A stretch of DNA of 64,000 bases, from NCBI GenBank assembly GCA_030390025.1, contig CM059432.1, forward strand, positions 152,522,001-152,586,000, read 5' to 3'. Of this stretch, positions 1 to 13,338 are shown one piece after another; positions within the stretch are counted from its first letter, which is position 1, and each line of letters begins with the position of its first letter. Origin of the DNA: Squalus acanthias (taxonomy: Eukaryota). The notes beneath the pieces are model-generated. The model searched no databases. It was given only the letters and a program-made list of their open reading frames with translations, and was not told where the DNA came from. Position numbers and translations under genes: made by a program.

Positions 1-263
1 GCCTTAATTTTTGCCCGTCTTCTTCCAAACTTTCGATCCGGTTTTTAAAAAAAACTTTCAATCCAGTGTTGCCTGGGCTCTAAAACAGGCATCGAATTAA
101 ATGGGATGGGGGTCTTTCGTGAGACTGCACAGTTTATCAATCCAGGTGTCAGTCTGTCCTTCAATCGATAATCCAATATCATCTGGCCATCTATTACAGA
201 TACCTATCTATCTTCCGTGCTTCTCCCAGCCCGTACATTATCCTCGCTATTTAATCAATGAAT

Positions 264-407
264 GAAAGAAAATAAAGTCTTGCATTTCTATAGCGCCTTT
301 CACAACCTCAGGACATCCCAAAGCGCTTTACAGCCAATGAAGTACTTTTGAAGTGTAGTCACTGTTGTAATGTAGGAAACGCGGCAGCCAAATTGCCCTC
401 AGCGAGG
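264..407 (-). mobile_element. 3' fragment of tRNA-derived DeuSINE (SacSINE1-like)
   Basis: Reverse complement of the SINE tail (...acttcaaaagtacttcattggctgtaaagcgctttgggatgtcctgaggttgtgaaaggcgctatagaaatgcaagact), which recurs many times in the window. Confidence 0.8.
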
Positions 408-1563
408 TAGATTTATAGAAAAACGTTTTAATATAATTTCGCTTAAAACGACACCGGTTGGTCGGAAAGATACAACTTTTAGTTCACATCGGGGTCTACG
501 GGACTGTTAACAAACAAACGGAACGTATATACAAATGAAGAGAAATGGATGAACTGAAATTAAAAGTACAAAATAATTAACAATAGAGAAGTCTTATCCC
601 GAATTTATTACAAGTACCTAAACTGGTATATCTGACAGGATAGGGGTGGCGGAGACAGAGAAATCTCAAAGAATGTTTTTAGGGATTCTGAATGAACCTC
701 AGTTGTACAGAGAGATGAATTGCCGCCCACCATTGGTAGCTCTCAGACTAAGCTAACGCCGTATATCTGCGATACCACTTCAGAAATATTTTTTCGTGTC
801 TTAAGTGGTGACCCTCAGTTAACCTGCTGCTTACAGTCCTTCCGGGTTCCTCTTGCTCATTTCATTTAATTGTTTTTAACCTCAGAATAATGAGTTCGGA
901 TCCATTTATCAGTATATTAAAACACCCACAAAGAGCGATCATCAAGACAGCATCAAAATAAACACACACTTTTGGAATAATGTGTCAAAACATGCTCAAA
1001 AATGTGTATTATTATGGACGGTGCTTTACAGACTTGTTCTCAAGCTCACGACACAAAATGACAACTGAATAATAATATTCCAGTTTCTGATTAATATCGG
1101 ATAAACTCTGAAAGTGTTGTGTTGGGAGTTTGTTAAACCTACTTTAAAGTTCCCTGTAGAGAATGAAACAGAATCTATAATGATCCTAAATGCAAGGTTC
1201 AGCCCGACCCGGAGAGATACAACTACTGTACCACGTTATTCTTGACAGTTTTTTCGAACTGGTTTAAGAAAATGATCTGATTTCCTCTGAATAAATAACA
1301 GAAGTGACGTGAGGAGAAATGAACAGCCTTTATTCCGTCTACCCAGTAAAACTTTACACCCCTTTAAGAGATAGAAGCCGCGTAAGAACGTTCAGTGAGT
1401 GGCCTTCACAAGATGTGATCCCAGACAGGGATTAAAAGGTGCGGGAGGCATTCTTTTTGTGTGTGTTCCAATCAGGAGAATATTCATTCCAAGATACATT
1501 TCTTTACCCGAAAATGTCGTATCTGAACCGTACATAAACATTAAACTAAAAGCGAGATCGAAA

Positions 1564-1678
1564 TGAAAGAAAGACTTGCATTTCTATAGCGCCTTTCACA
1601 ACCACCAGATGTCCCAAAGCGCTTTACAGCCAATGAAGTACTTTTGAAGTGTAGTCACTGTTGTAATGTAGGAAACGC
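1564..1678 (-). mobile_element. 3' fragment of DeuSINE (SacSINE1-like)
   Basis: Near-identical to 264-407 and 60281-60388. Confidence 0.8.
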
Positions 1679-2047
1679 ACTTATTATATTGTAACAATAA
1701 ATAACAAATAATGTAATGCTGCCTTGAGAGGTTCGCATTTTTCTTTTAATAGAATTGGATGTTTTAGCGCCAGACTCAGTCAGAGTTCTATCACAGTAGC
1801 CCCTGTGCCATGGATCCTGGCTAATGATGTTGATTTGATGTGGTTTGTGACCCCACATCACTCAGGTATAAACCAGACTCTCGACTTTAACACTGGTCGT
1901 GCTTGGAGCCCCCTCACAACCCGAGGTTTAAACACTCGGGGGGGTCCTTTTGTCTCTCTCCCCAACTCCCATCACCTCATGCCCAACACTTCATGGTGCA
2001 TCTCACCGGAGGCTGTTGAGTTGCTGCGGAAGCAAAGAGTTGATGGT

Positions 2048-2940
2048 GAAAGAGAGAGAGGGAGAGAGGGGGAGAGGGGAGAGAGAGAGGGGAGAGGGAG
2101 AGAGGGAGGGAGAGAGAGAGAGGGAGAGAGAGGGGGAGAGGGAGAGGGAGGGAGAGGGGAGAGAGAGGGAGAGGGAGAGAGAGAGGGAGAGGGAGAGAGG
2201 GGGAGAGGGGAGAGAGAGAGGGGAGAGGGAGAGAGGGAGGGGGGAGAGAGAGAGGGAGAGAGAGGGGGAGAGGGAGAGGGAGCGAGAGGGAGAGGGAGAG
2301 AGGGGGAGAGAGGGAGAGAGAGAGAGGGAGAGAGAGGGAGAGGGAGAGAGGGGGAGAGAGAGAGGGAGAGAGAGAGGGGGAGAGAGGGAGAGGGAGAGAG
2401 GGGGAGAGAGAGAGGGAGAGGGAGAGGGAGAGAGGGAGAGGGAGAGAGAGGGGGAGGGGAGAGAGAGAGGGAGAGAGGGGGAGAGAGAGAGGGAGAGGGA
2501 GAGAGGGAGAGAGAGGGAGAGGGAGAGAGAGGGGGAGGGGAGAGAGAGAGAGGGAGAGGGAGGGAGAGGGAGAGGGAGAGGGAGCGAGAGCGAGAGCGAG
2601 AGAGAGGGAGAGGGAGAGAGAGGGAGAGGGGGGAGAGGGAGAGGGAGAGGGAGAGAGAGAGAGGGGGAGAGAGAGGAGAGAGAGAGAGAGGGAGAGGGAG
2701 TGAGAGGGGAGAGGGAGAGGGAGAGAGGGGGAGAGAGAGAGGGAGAGGGAGAGAGAGAGAGGGGGAGAGGGAGAGAGAGGGGGAGAGAGAGGGGGAGGGG
2801 AGAGAGAGAGGAGAGGGAGAGAGGGGGAGAGAGAGAGGGAGAGGGAGAGAGAGAGAGGGGGAGAGGGAGAGAGAGGGGGAGAGAGAGGGGGAGGGGAGAG
2901 AGAGAGGGAGAGGGAGAGAGGGGGAGAGAGAGAGGGAAAG
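2048..2940. repeat. GA/GGGAGA-rich polypurine low-complexity tract
   Basis: About 0.9 kb of almost pure G/A; the R/E/G ORFs here are artefacts. Confidence 0.97.
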
Positions 2941-3689
2941 GGTCCCTCGGCTTTAAACAGGACAGCTACCCGAACACAGAGTGGCAGATCGAGATGATGT
3001 GGGTGGAAAATGCAGAAAAAGTGGGAAAAACGAGGGGGAAATGAATCACTCAGACAAGAAGCAATTTAAAGAAAATTGGTAAGATCGGTGTACTCAGGGC
3101 CACATCTGTGCCGGTTACTGTGAAACACACACACGGTGTTTTCAGACATCCAGAGAACGGAACCTCAGAACTGGCGTTTGCCAAAGTGAAGTTTAACCAG
3201 AACCCCCCCCCCCCTTCCGAAAAATAGAGGAGAACTGTTCATCCAGCGGCTTCCTTCCTAGATGGTATTTTAACTCGCCCCCTTCAAACATGTTTCAGAT
3301 TTGTGTGTGTGCCCGGATCCTGGATCAGTGCTCGGGGCTGGGAATAATGAGGGAACTTTCTGTCCTTCCCTGTTCTAATTCACATTCCTCTTCTTGCTAA
3401 CTTTCTCTTTTGAACTTTTCCAAAATCTCATTCTACTTTCCCCTACTTTATTTTTTCCTTAACTTTCTATCCCTAAATTTTTTTTAAACTTTCTTTCTCT
3501 CCTTAACTTTTGCTTTCTAACTTTAACTCTCTTTCACTACCTTTCGCCGTCTTAACTTCCTCAACTCTAGCTTTTTTCCCCTCTCCGCAACTTTCGTTCT
3601 CAAACTTTTTATTTTTCCCACTATTTCCTCTTGCCCCCCAATCTCTTCGCATTTTATTAAAATAAAAAGTAAACTCCCCACAACTTCCT

Positions 3690-3880
3690 CACGGCCGAAG
3701 CGCAGCAGCTGAGTGGGGAGAGGGAGCTGGGGGGGCTCGGCTCTGGCCCGGGAGGGGGCGGTGGGATGGGGCGGGATGAGGATGGGGATGGGGGCGGGAT
3801 GGCCAGACTGACAGCTCCCCCCATTGGCCCAGAAGCAGGCGGCGCGGCGCAGTCCGGCGGCGGGTCTGCTGCCTCCTGTG
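3690..3880 (+). promoter_or_regulatory. GLI3: Probable GLI3 CpG-rich promoter
   Basis: CpG-dense, with several GGGGCGG Sp/KLF boxes at ~3755-3800 and an inverted CCAAT (ATTGG) at ~3823. It lies directly before a consensus CAG|GTAAGT donor and upstream of the GLI3 coding exon. Confidence 0.7.
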
Positions 3881-4054
3881 AAAGTCCCACTTTGTTGCAG
3901 TTGCTGCTTTTCTTTTTAATAAATGTATTATTTGATTTTGCGAGCGCACTCTGCAAGTTGCTGAGCCTCCGGGTTGCAGGCGGCAGCGGTGGAGGAGCGG
4001 GAGCGGGATCCGATCGCAAGACTGCGGCTTTGGCTCAAACTCCACTCACAGCAG
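3860..4054 (+). other. GLI3: Probable non-coding exon 1 of GLI3 (5' end approximate)
   Basis: Donor gcag|gtaagt with GT at 4055. Vertebrate GLI3 has a non-coding first exon. The TSS cannot be determined from sequence. Confidence 0.65.
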
Positions 4055-7000
4055 GTAAGTAAGTGCTGGGGGGCGGGGGGGGGATCTAACCCCGTCCCTA
4101 CCCCACTCCTGATCCCACTCCTGATCCCACTCCCCACTCCTGATCCCAGTCCCACCTCTCCTGCCCGCACACAACTCTCACACCTCCCCTTCCCCCTCCC
4201 CCCAAAACTCCTGCAACTTGTTTTGAAGAATGGGGGGAAATACATTCTGTCTCCCCCCCCCCCCCCCAAAAACCCCCATCCCGAGCCCAGGCGGGACGCA
4301 GTGCCGCGATCCTCCCCTTCCTTGCTGGTTTCTGCCACTGCGAATACTCAGCGAAAGTTTTCTTCTTACACTGGTGGATTTTCGCTGAGACTTGGTCAAA
4401 CTTTCTCCCCTCCCTCTCCCAGATGCCCCCCTCCCTCCTCCTCCTCTCCTGGAGTTTGTTTGTCTTTGAAGAGGCGGTGGTGTTGCTCCACATCACTCGG
4501 GGGGAGAGGAGGGGGGTCGCTCGGTGCGGGCCGCTCCGCAATTTTACGGGACATTAAAAAAACATATTGAATACAAACCAACCGCAAAAAAAAATGAGCA
4601 TTTTACCTCTGAGTGTGCGCGCGTCTGTCGGTCACACCGCCTGTCTGAGGGAAATGATTCCTCGATTGGTTTGGTGTGGGGTTTTTTTTGTTGCTTGCAG
4701 ACATTTTTTATAATGGCTGCATTTGATCAAATGAAGAGGAATTAGGGAGAGAGAGGGGGAGGCCAGGCCCGTCCCGTCGCTCGCAGTATTGAAGCTGGGA
4801 CTGAAGACCGGGTCTCCAGTCAGCGCTGAAATTCATTCCGCGCCCAATCTAACAGCCTGAATAGAGTAATGAGAAGTGGAGTTTTGCTTAATTCCCCGAG
4901 CGAGCCGTGTGTTTGTGGATGTCTGCCAGCCTGTGTGTATATGTGTAAAACATTTTATAACAAGTTGCTTCCAGCTGTTCTACATATCCCGTCTGCCAGC
5001 AGAAAATCTGTGAGGGGACCATTGGTTAAGTTGTGTGGATGTGAACCGCCTTTTTTTTTGAGTGCCGCGTTCATTCGGGAGACACAACAACCCGTTTCAA
5101 TGCGAGTATTTTCCATTGATTTATACTCAGCAAAAACTAATTGCAGCAACGTAAATAATTGAAATGAATTTGGGTCGATGCATAATTTATAGTAGGTATC
5201 CCTTTGATAGTTTAATACTTACTAAATACGGTGCATAAACCGTGACTGGTAGTTAAATCTAATGAATAAAAGTTCTCGGTGTTTCTAGTAGGATTTAAAA
5301 CGCCTCCAAAAAGCGCGAGGCGAAAGCAAAGTCTAAAAAAGAGTGTGTATGATTGTAGGTAGCTCATGACATGTTTCCATATGGTGGAGATTAACGGTTG
5401 AAAATTGTCGAATTGCATCGCAAATAATTCTTGAAACGGGTTCAGATCGGACTGTGTTTATTTAAAGAAAGTTAGTTGAATGTGACATCCCGAGTATTAT
5501 GCCACAAGTATAGACTGTACATGATTAATGAAATCCGCCAAATGGTTATGTAAATTAAAGTTGAAGTTTTAATAATTCAAGCGAGTTAGTTATTTTTTCC
5601 CCATATGAAATGAAGCATATGCAGTTGTATTAATGTCCCTTGGATGAGTTGCAGTGGTTTTCCAAGGAGAAGAATATTCATAAAAGCTATTAATTTAGCA
5701 GTTGGCAGTTTCCAACCCCCCCGCCCCCCAACATTTTTACTATGAAGTTCTCAACTAGATTTCACAAGGAGGGAAAATGGCAAGTGGCAGTTACCAAATT
5801 CCAGCTGTTTCTTGGCATTTTTTTAAAGGGAGTGAAATTTCTGCATTCTGTTCGAACAGGGATTTTATTTATTGTTTCTGCAGCCACTTCTGCCTGGGAA
5901 GTAAAACTTCACTATTGGAATGTTAATGCTATTAAACTACAGAAGATTATCTCAAAGTCATCTTTCCTTGTTTTATTTGACTGTGCTGAACCCTTCCCTG
6001 CAGGATCCTGTTTGTGTAGTCAGAGTATTTTTTGTAGCAAGTCACTTTTTCAAAAGAACTGGTTTTAAGACTTAACATTTCACTTGTTATAGCTGCTAAT
6101 GGATTAAAGTAACATTCTTGTTAAACCTCGTTTATTTTGTACACTCAGATCCAATGAAAATTTCCAAATGTCCGGAAAGTATTTGCTCACTTTTTAATAT
6201 ATATATAAAAAATAGTTCATTTGCCTCTTGTTATGGGCTTTTAGGAGATACTTCTATAGTCAGGACTTCTGATGCGGTTGTGATTTAATTATAAAATATT
6301 CAGTTTGGCCAAGAATAAATGAGAATCTTTTAAGATGTTCTCCCACTTTCAGTGCTTTTGTTTCGTGCTTCTTTGAAATATGGCAGTGGACTAGGGAAGG
6401 AGCAAAACCAGAATTTTACACTTTGATGGCTTTGTCTTTGATATCTTGACAGCAAAAGGCTCACAGTTGCTTTTATATACCACAAGCAGTAACATCGAGC
6501 AGCAGGCGAGTGCCTCAGTGCATTTGTGTTTAACTGCAGAAGAAAAAGTGATGATGGGCAGCATGGGTTCTTATCAGTTTTCTAATCCCAGATCCCAGAA
6601 TACCTTGAGGGCACACCTCAGATCTAGGTAAAATCATTGTAGACTCTCCCTGTTTGCAGATATGCTATGTATTCCTGACTCCAGCGAAAATTCTGTGAGC
6701 TCACAGTGCTTCCTGTTTTAAATTTCTCTTCTGAAGTTTTAGCATTTGCTAAAGGCGACCCATTAGACTTTGTTCATTTTAAAATCAGCAGCTTACACTC
6801 ACTCGCGGCAGATCTGGAACTTTCTAGACAGCAGCATGACTTAAAAAAATTAAGATAAATAGCAGACATGTCAGTTTTCTGGAGAAATGTAATCCCAGTG
6901 GAAGTCATTGCATGGTTTTCAAACACTAAATGTCACACTGCATTGCATACCATCGCCTAATATTCTTCATTTTAAACTTGACTGCCTTGTGTACTAGCTA

Positions 7001-7193
7001 AATTTGGAATTGGTTTTATTGTGTGTACACTTGGATAACCTGAGCATATTCTGCACTAGTCTATTTAGGAGTAAATGCACTGATGGGGAATGGGTTATGT
7101 ACACGTACATATATTAACCCAGTGTAGAACTCTGCTTGTGTGAAAAGTTAGCTAATTCTGTATTAAAAGTGGCAGTCTCCAATGGGCCTCAAA

Positions 7194-7278
<85 letters not shown>
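7194..7278. repeat. (TATC)n microsatellite
   Basis: About 21 perfect ATCT units. Confidence 0.98.
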
Positions 7279-7279
<1 letters not shown>

Positions 7280-10200
7280 ATGAAATACATTCTACAGTAC
7301 TCTGATACAGAAATTGTGACATGTTAAACCATTTTTATAATGCAAATTATGCAGAGAGTCATGCTGAGTATCATTGCTGTTCTGCAGTCAGTAAAAATTA
7401 ATAAGTGTGTCAGGTTCCTTGCTATAGTAGGCAGTTATGAAGTATAATACACACATTAATAAGGGTTTACACCAGAGTTAATGTTTCAGTCATGCTATAA
7501 TGTAATCTATTAAACGTATATTCCTAATGCCACAAAAAGACAGACTATCACTTATCTTAGAAAAGACCAATTAGTTTGCAATTGTAAGCATGCTGCTAAA
7601 TTTACTAGAAAACCATTATTAATCTACAGGGCATTAGTGTAAATTATTCTGTGAAATAGTTTTTATTTTTCTGTGTAAGGAGTGTGTAAGGATGAAAAAT
7701 GTGATCTGTGCTCTGCATCTTTTGTATTTGGTTACTATCTTTCTTTCAACCAAATAACACTTAAAATTGTGTTAGAAATTCAAAAGGGGTATTTAAAACA
7801 CTCTGAGTGAGACCATGCAAATTTCTGTGTCCTGTAACATTGAGCATTTGATGATTTGCAAAATCTTTTAAAAAACACATCGAGGGAAAAGCATGTTTGG
7901 TGCTTTAGAAACTAAATAGAAACTAATAGTTTAGAAACTATTCAAATGCTTACAATGACCTCTTTTAAACACCTTTAAGATGTTTGACTCTGTAAGCATT
8001 GTCTTTATAAATTATGTTTAGTTTACACAGCTTGAGCCTGGATTTTGCTGACTTTACTGACTATAGAGTTGCAACTCCATCATTGTATGGACCTAATATA
8101 ATGATACTGCATCGGACAGAAATCACACTTCATTTAAAAAGGTTATGAAGTGCTCTATTGTACTGTTGTGTTTTTTTTAAATGTCCTCAAGAATGTAGTT
8201 ATCCATGTGATAAAGTATTCTGTTAAATCTTCTATCTAACATGACTCGCTGACTGCTGAAAGCCTACACAGTAAAAAAAAAAATCAGTATCTTTGTTTAA
8301 GCATAATTGTGAAGGCATGACTTTTGTAACCAGAAAGACAAATTGTTTTAAACCCTCTTCTTTTAAGAACTTAGATGTTTGGTTGTGGTTAATATGTTTT
8401 AATGCATATTGTAAAGGTGATTCGGTTTTCTCATTGTGATACTTTGAGCAATGTAGCTACTCAACCAGTAGAAATGTGCCAAAAGATCGTGTGTCTGTGA
8501 TCTAAACTGAATGCAGTGCAGTTTCTTGACAAACTTCCAATTTTTTTTAGATATTTGTGTGTAATTAGAAGTAGCCATAAGAGTTAAGAAAAGGTCCCTA
8601 GATGCACTGTCGTGTTTATTAAATCGTCTCTAATTGACCAATTTTTTTCAACAGCAGTTACTTTGTGAATGAAATTATGAAAGCTTGTTTGTCAGGATGG
8701 TTTCAGTTAGCTCTCAAACTCTGAACTTGTCTGCAATGCTGTCAGCATGGCTAGGTCATTAGTCATCCATGTATTAGTGATGCCTTGAGGCTGTGCGCCC
8801 AGTCCTTCTTAACACCATTACAGATACAAAAGTATTTGTACTCTGCCGACTTGTAGAATTACTGGTTATAGTTCTGCCTGACTGAATCTGAGGTAAGCTT
8901 CTCCCTGTCTCCTAGCTGAACGTAATCGTCTCTGTCTTGCGGGGCTAAATTTGGCTGTGATTTATGATGAAGAATAAACTCTCTTAGCCTGTACATTTAC
9001 AGGTATTGCGTTGGAGTCACTTCACCGATACAGCATGTAGTTGGTGAGGTGTGTAGTACCCAGCTGGATTTTATTAAAAACTCATGGAAAGAGCCATTTG
9101 GTAACTGGTTAAGTGAAAACAGAAAAATTTCAAATTGGCCTTGGCACTAAAATATTGTTCATATTTATAGATACTTAATTTTTATTGCAAACTAGATTTG
9201 CAATTTGGTTTTGCAGTTGGTGATTATGGCCACCCGAAGAATTTCAAATGCTTTCAGAAAATGTAATGGAGACATGGACTAACAGTGCAGCAGAGCTGTT
9301 TTAATGGTTTTTCTTCTTAACAGAATGGTAGTGTAAATAAATATGTAGCAGTATAGAATGCCAGCAGATGTAAAATGTTGACTGACTTATAAAGATTGCA
9401 AACCTGTGCATCCATCGTGTGCATGGTGTAAGTTTTATTTTTAGAGTAGCTTGAAATAGCAATTTGTTTTTCATCAGCAAGCGTTTAGATGTTCTTCAGT
9501 AATAGTGCAGGTGTAATAGGTTTAAACCTGTCAATAAATCGCAACATGATTTCTTAAGTACTGAAAAAAATCTTTGGTCATTGAGATCTGTTGCTCTGCT
9601 TTTGATGTGAAGAAGTTTTAAACAAAAATGATGGAAATTCTGATTTTAATGTCTTAAAACTTTTTTGTGGTTGCATGTTTTGTAGAATATTTATTACCTT
9701 AGTCGGCCCTTTAACTGTCTAATTCATAGAAGAAATACTATATGAAGACAATGGCTTGAGTTAATTGCAGCAGTGAAGCTTATTGTACACGTTGAAATCA
9801 AAAATTGTGTTAGAGGAAAACTGTGATTGCCATCAGTGTGTAGTTCTGGGCATGTTAAATGTTTCAGGCACTGATCTCTTATCCTTCTAGCTTGGATGGC
9901 TTGGTAATTACTTGTCGGTGATACTTGAGTAATGACTGCAGTATGGTGGAGCACTGTATGGAACAAGGAGGGTGAGTAATTAAAAGTGTTTTGATTTTCA
10001 GCCAGCGTTTAATATTTTATAGGAATGTTGAAATGCTTCCTGCAGTGTTTCCTGCCATTGTAATGTTCGTTAAAGGTTGCTGGTTATTGTTGCTTAAAGA
10101 GCTGAATGGTGTGTACAGAGGAAGTCTTAATTGAGGGAGAAAAACTGTGAAGCAGAGCCAGGCTTAAGAATCAGACCTATTTTTGTCGAGCTTCTGGCTA

Positions 10201-12857
10201 ACGGAAGAATTTGCCCAGGTTCAAACTGATTTCCCCCCCCACCCCCCTTGTATTGTCTAGCTGATGCGAATGCTAAAACTCATCGTGTTTTATTTTAGAT
10301 TTTTTTTCATTTCAAACCTTGCTTGGTTTCACTGTTTTTAAAATGTAAATTTCATTAGACAACAATTGCAACAAAAAAAACCTAACCATTCACTGTGTCT
10401 GATACTCTGCACTCTGGCTTTGGCTGCAAATGACCTTTTGGAATTATTTAAACACTTACCTGTATTGTGTATTTAAGAGAATTGAAAATTTATTCTGCAG
10501 TACAAGAATTTAATTTCAAAATAAGCTGATTTTTAATTTACAATCGGACAGTGTAGGGCGGCTTAAAGACTTTGAGTGTGCTAGATTGGGCATCTCTCAG
10601 ATTAGTATTTGCAGTAATAGAAGTATTAGAACTGTGGCATAAGCTGCAAAATGATACACTTAAAACAAATTTCTCTCATCTATTTATCAGAACTGCCTTT
10701 TCTGTAAAAGAGGTCATTTTTATTTAATAAAAGGAGCTAGTACCTTCTAGTAGAATAGATGGTGTATATGTACGTCTATAATTTTGAGAGCGCAATATTG
10801 TACTTGCAGATTCCCGAAGTGGCCTTATGTAACTTTCATTCTAAGCAAACAGCTGGTTATCTTGTTAACCTCAGATTACTGAATGTATGACTCGTGTTTA
10901 CCATTCGTATTTGTCTTGAAATAATAAGTTTGTTCTGGGAATTTAATAGAAAGCTTTAGTGTTTGCACATTTGTTCTGTAAAAGTGGATTTTCTAGAATG
11001 CAGCTACCAAGAAGTATTTTGTTATGTGTTTGATAGAGTACTGAGCTGAATTTATAGATTAAGCATTGCACACTTTTAAATACTTCATTTGCTGAGCAGA
11101 TCATATGATTAACATCTCACTAAGACACGTACTAAATGTACAACTTTGTTTGACAGGCTCGTGGAAGCTGTATCTGTAAAGTAAGAATTCCCTTATTGAA
11201 GCCTTGAAATTAAATTGCAGGTCTGTGAAAGGAAGGGTTGCTGAACTTGTATTTATAGCAATGAGCAGTGAAGGAAAACCATTGAGTTAATTTGTAATAA
11301 TTTTTCAATGCAGAACACACTTTATAAAATAATGAGTGATGATTGTGGCAGGTAAGCAGTCTGTAGATCTGGTTATTTAAAAAAAAAAACTGCTAATGAA
11401 GAAACATAGATACTTAATTTGATCAAAGTATGTATACATGTGGTTTGGATTTATTAATTAAAAACCATTCCAGATTGCATGCTGCAAAAATTCTAATATT
11501 GATACACTTTTACTATTGGTACCTGAAAATTTGGTTTGTTAGAAATACTCACACTCACTCACAGTACTCATGAGCCAGTGTAGATTGGAGTTTTATTGTT
11601 TATTGCCTGCGTACAGATTTAGACACCATGCTGGTGCAAAGATGTTTGTTTTGTAAATGCAGCGTGATGTGGGAGCATGCTGACTGGCACAGCAACTTTG
11701 GGTAACCAAGGTAAACGGCATGTGAGGGTCAGAGAGTTTTACACGTAGTCTTTTCTGTTGCTGACTAAATAGGGATGTGGCCAAGAAGAACCAGATGAGA
11801 TTGACTGTGGTGCTTTTTGTACAAAAAAAAGCACTAATGTTAGAAAGCAGAAAGTATGTTGTGCTGAAGAAAAGAATAACCTTCAGTCATACTGATTCAC
11901 GTGGGCTGCTTGAGTTCCCAAGGTCTATCCTGCCATTGTATTGACTGCTTCTTAACGTGTATGAAAGTCGAGGTACAGTTCGGAGTAGGAATTTGCCAGG
12001 AACAAACTTGTGTGTTGAGAGCTTTCGGGGAGTGGTGGGGGAATAGCTTAATGCTAAGTACTGCAGTGTTGTTTGATTGACTATTCTTTGTAACTGGCCC
12101 ACAGGCAGACAGTATTTCGTGAGGAGATGACAACGCTGTTACCATTAGCGACCAGTAGGGCACTTTACCACTGTACGGTTTCAGATAATGTTTCTCTGGT
12201 TTTGCAGTCAGCTAATGTGAACCAGGATCATACCACATGTCATGTCATGTCAGGACAGGACTGCTTCATTCATTTTTTTGTTGATATACTTCATTGAGAT
12301 GACATCACAATGGAACGAATATGGCCACAAAGTCACAAAACCACTCCATAAATTCATGCACCAATTTAGATTACACTTAAAATGGAATTTTACATCTAAC
12401 ATTTAGTTATCAAGTATGTGGGACTGATAGGGAATATATCAGGAGGTGGTGTGGGTGTTCTTTCATTTTAGGCCTTTCATGATCAGAACTGTTATCACAT
12501 GCCTCCTTGTCATACATTCTCTATTAAGACGACAAATTATTTAGATAAGATTATTAGATCCATAGTTGGCTAGTTTTTTCCACTGGAAGAAGTGGTGATG
12601 CTTTTGCCTGGGAAGTTGCATTAGATTCCTTATTGCCTGGTAATTGATCCTTCATTGCTTTTACTCCTTTTGGTTGTAGTTTAAATTTCCATATTACTCT
12701 ATTTGCATTTTTACTGTTTTTGCATATACATTCTTCCTGAAAAACATGTTGAGCTGCAGCGATTGAATTTGAACGTTGTGCATATTGTATGTACCCTACC
12801 ATGTTTTTGAATGTCTGGTAATGTCCCCTTCTCCTTTCCCATTCTCCTGATACATAC

Positions 12858-13002
12858 ATAGAATCATACAGCACAGAAGGAGGCCATTCGGCCTATTGAG
12901 TCTGCGGCGGCTCTTTCGAAGAGCAATCCAGTTAGTCCCACTGTCCCGCTCTTTCCCCATATCCCTGCAATTTTTTCTCCTCAAGTATTTATCCAATTCC
13001 CT
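12858..13002 (-). mobile_element. CR1-type LINE 3' tail fragment
   Basis: catagaatcatacagcacagaaggaggccattcggcc..., the reverse complement of the CR1 3' ends at 39540 and 56785. Confidence 0.75.
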
Positions 13003-13057
13003 CTAATTGTTAACCTAAATCCGCAGTTAGTCTTCTAACTCAGTTTATTATCTAGAG

Positions 13058-13138
13058 CAGGGGTTCCCGAACTGTGGTACGTATACCCCTGGGGGTAGGC
13101 AAGACATCCCCAGGGCGTACGTGGGAAAAATGGTCTAA
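13058..13138. mobile_element. One end of a hAT/Charlie-type DNA transposon, truncated by the assembly gap
   Basis: CAGGGGTTCCCGAACTG terminus preceded by ATCTAGAG (13050-13057), which fits the NTCTAGAN Charlie target consensus. The other end was not seen. Confidence 0.6.
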
Positions 13139-13338
13139 NNNNNNNNNNNNNNNNNNNNNNNNNNNNNNNNNNNNNNNNNNNNNNNNNNNNNNNNNNNNNN
13201 NNNNNNNNNNNNNNNNNNNNNNNNNNNNNNNNNNNNNNNNNNNNNNNNNNNNNNNNNNNNNNNNNNNNNNNNNNNNNNNNNNNNNNNNNNNNNNNNNNNN
13301 NNNNNNNNNNNNNNNNNNNNNNNNNNNNNNNNNNNNNN
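13139..13338. other. Assembly gap (200 N)
   Basis: Run of N. The true intron 1 length is therefore uncertain. Confidence 1.

Noticed and set aside
1724..3044. 410-aa and 364-aa R/E/G-rich ORFs
   Set aside because: Translations of the GA tract, which cannot contain stop codons.
3766..4062. 98-aa ORF as an N-terminal GLI3 extension
   Set aside because: Its ATG lies among the GC boxes, probably upstream of the TSS. After splicing it enters the uORF frame, and the GLI3 frame has a stop at 38290.
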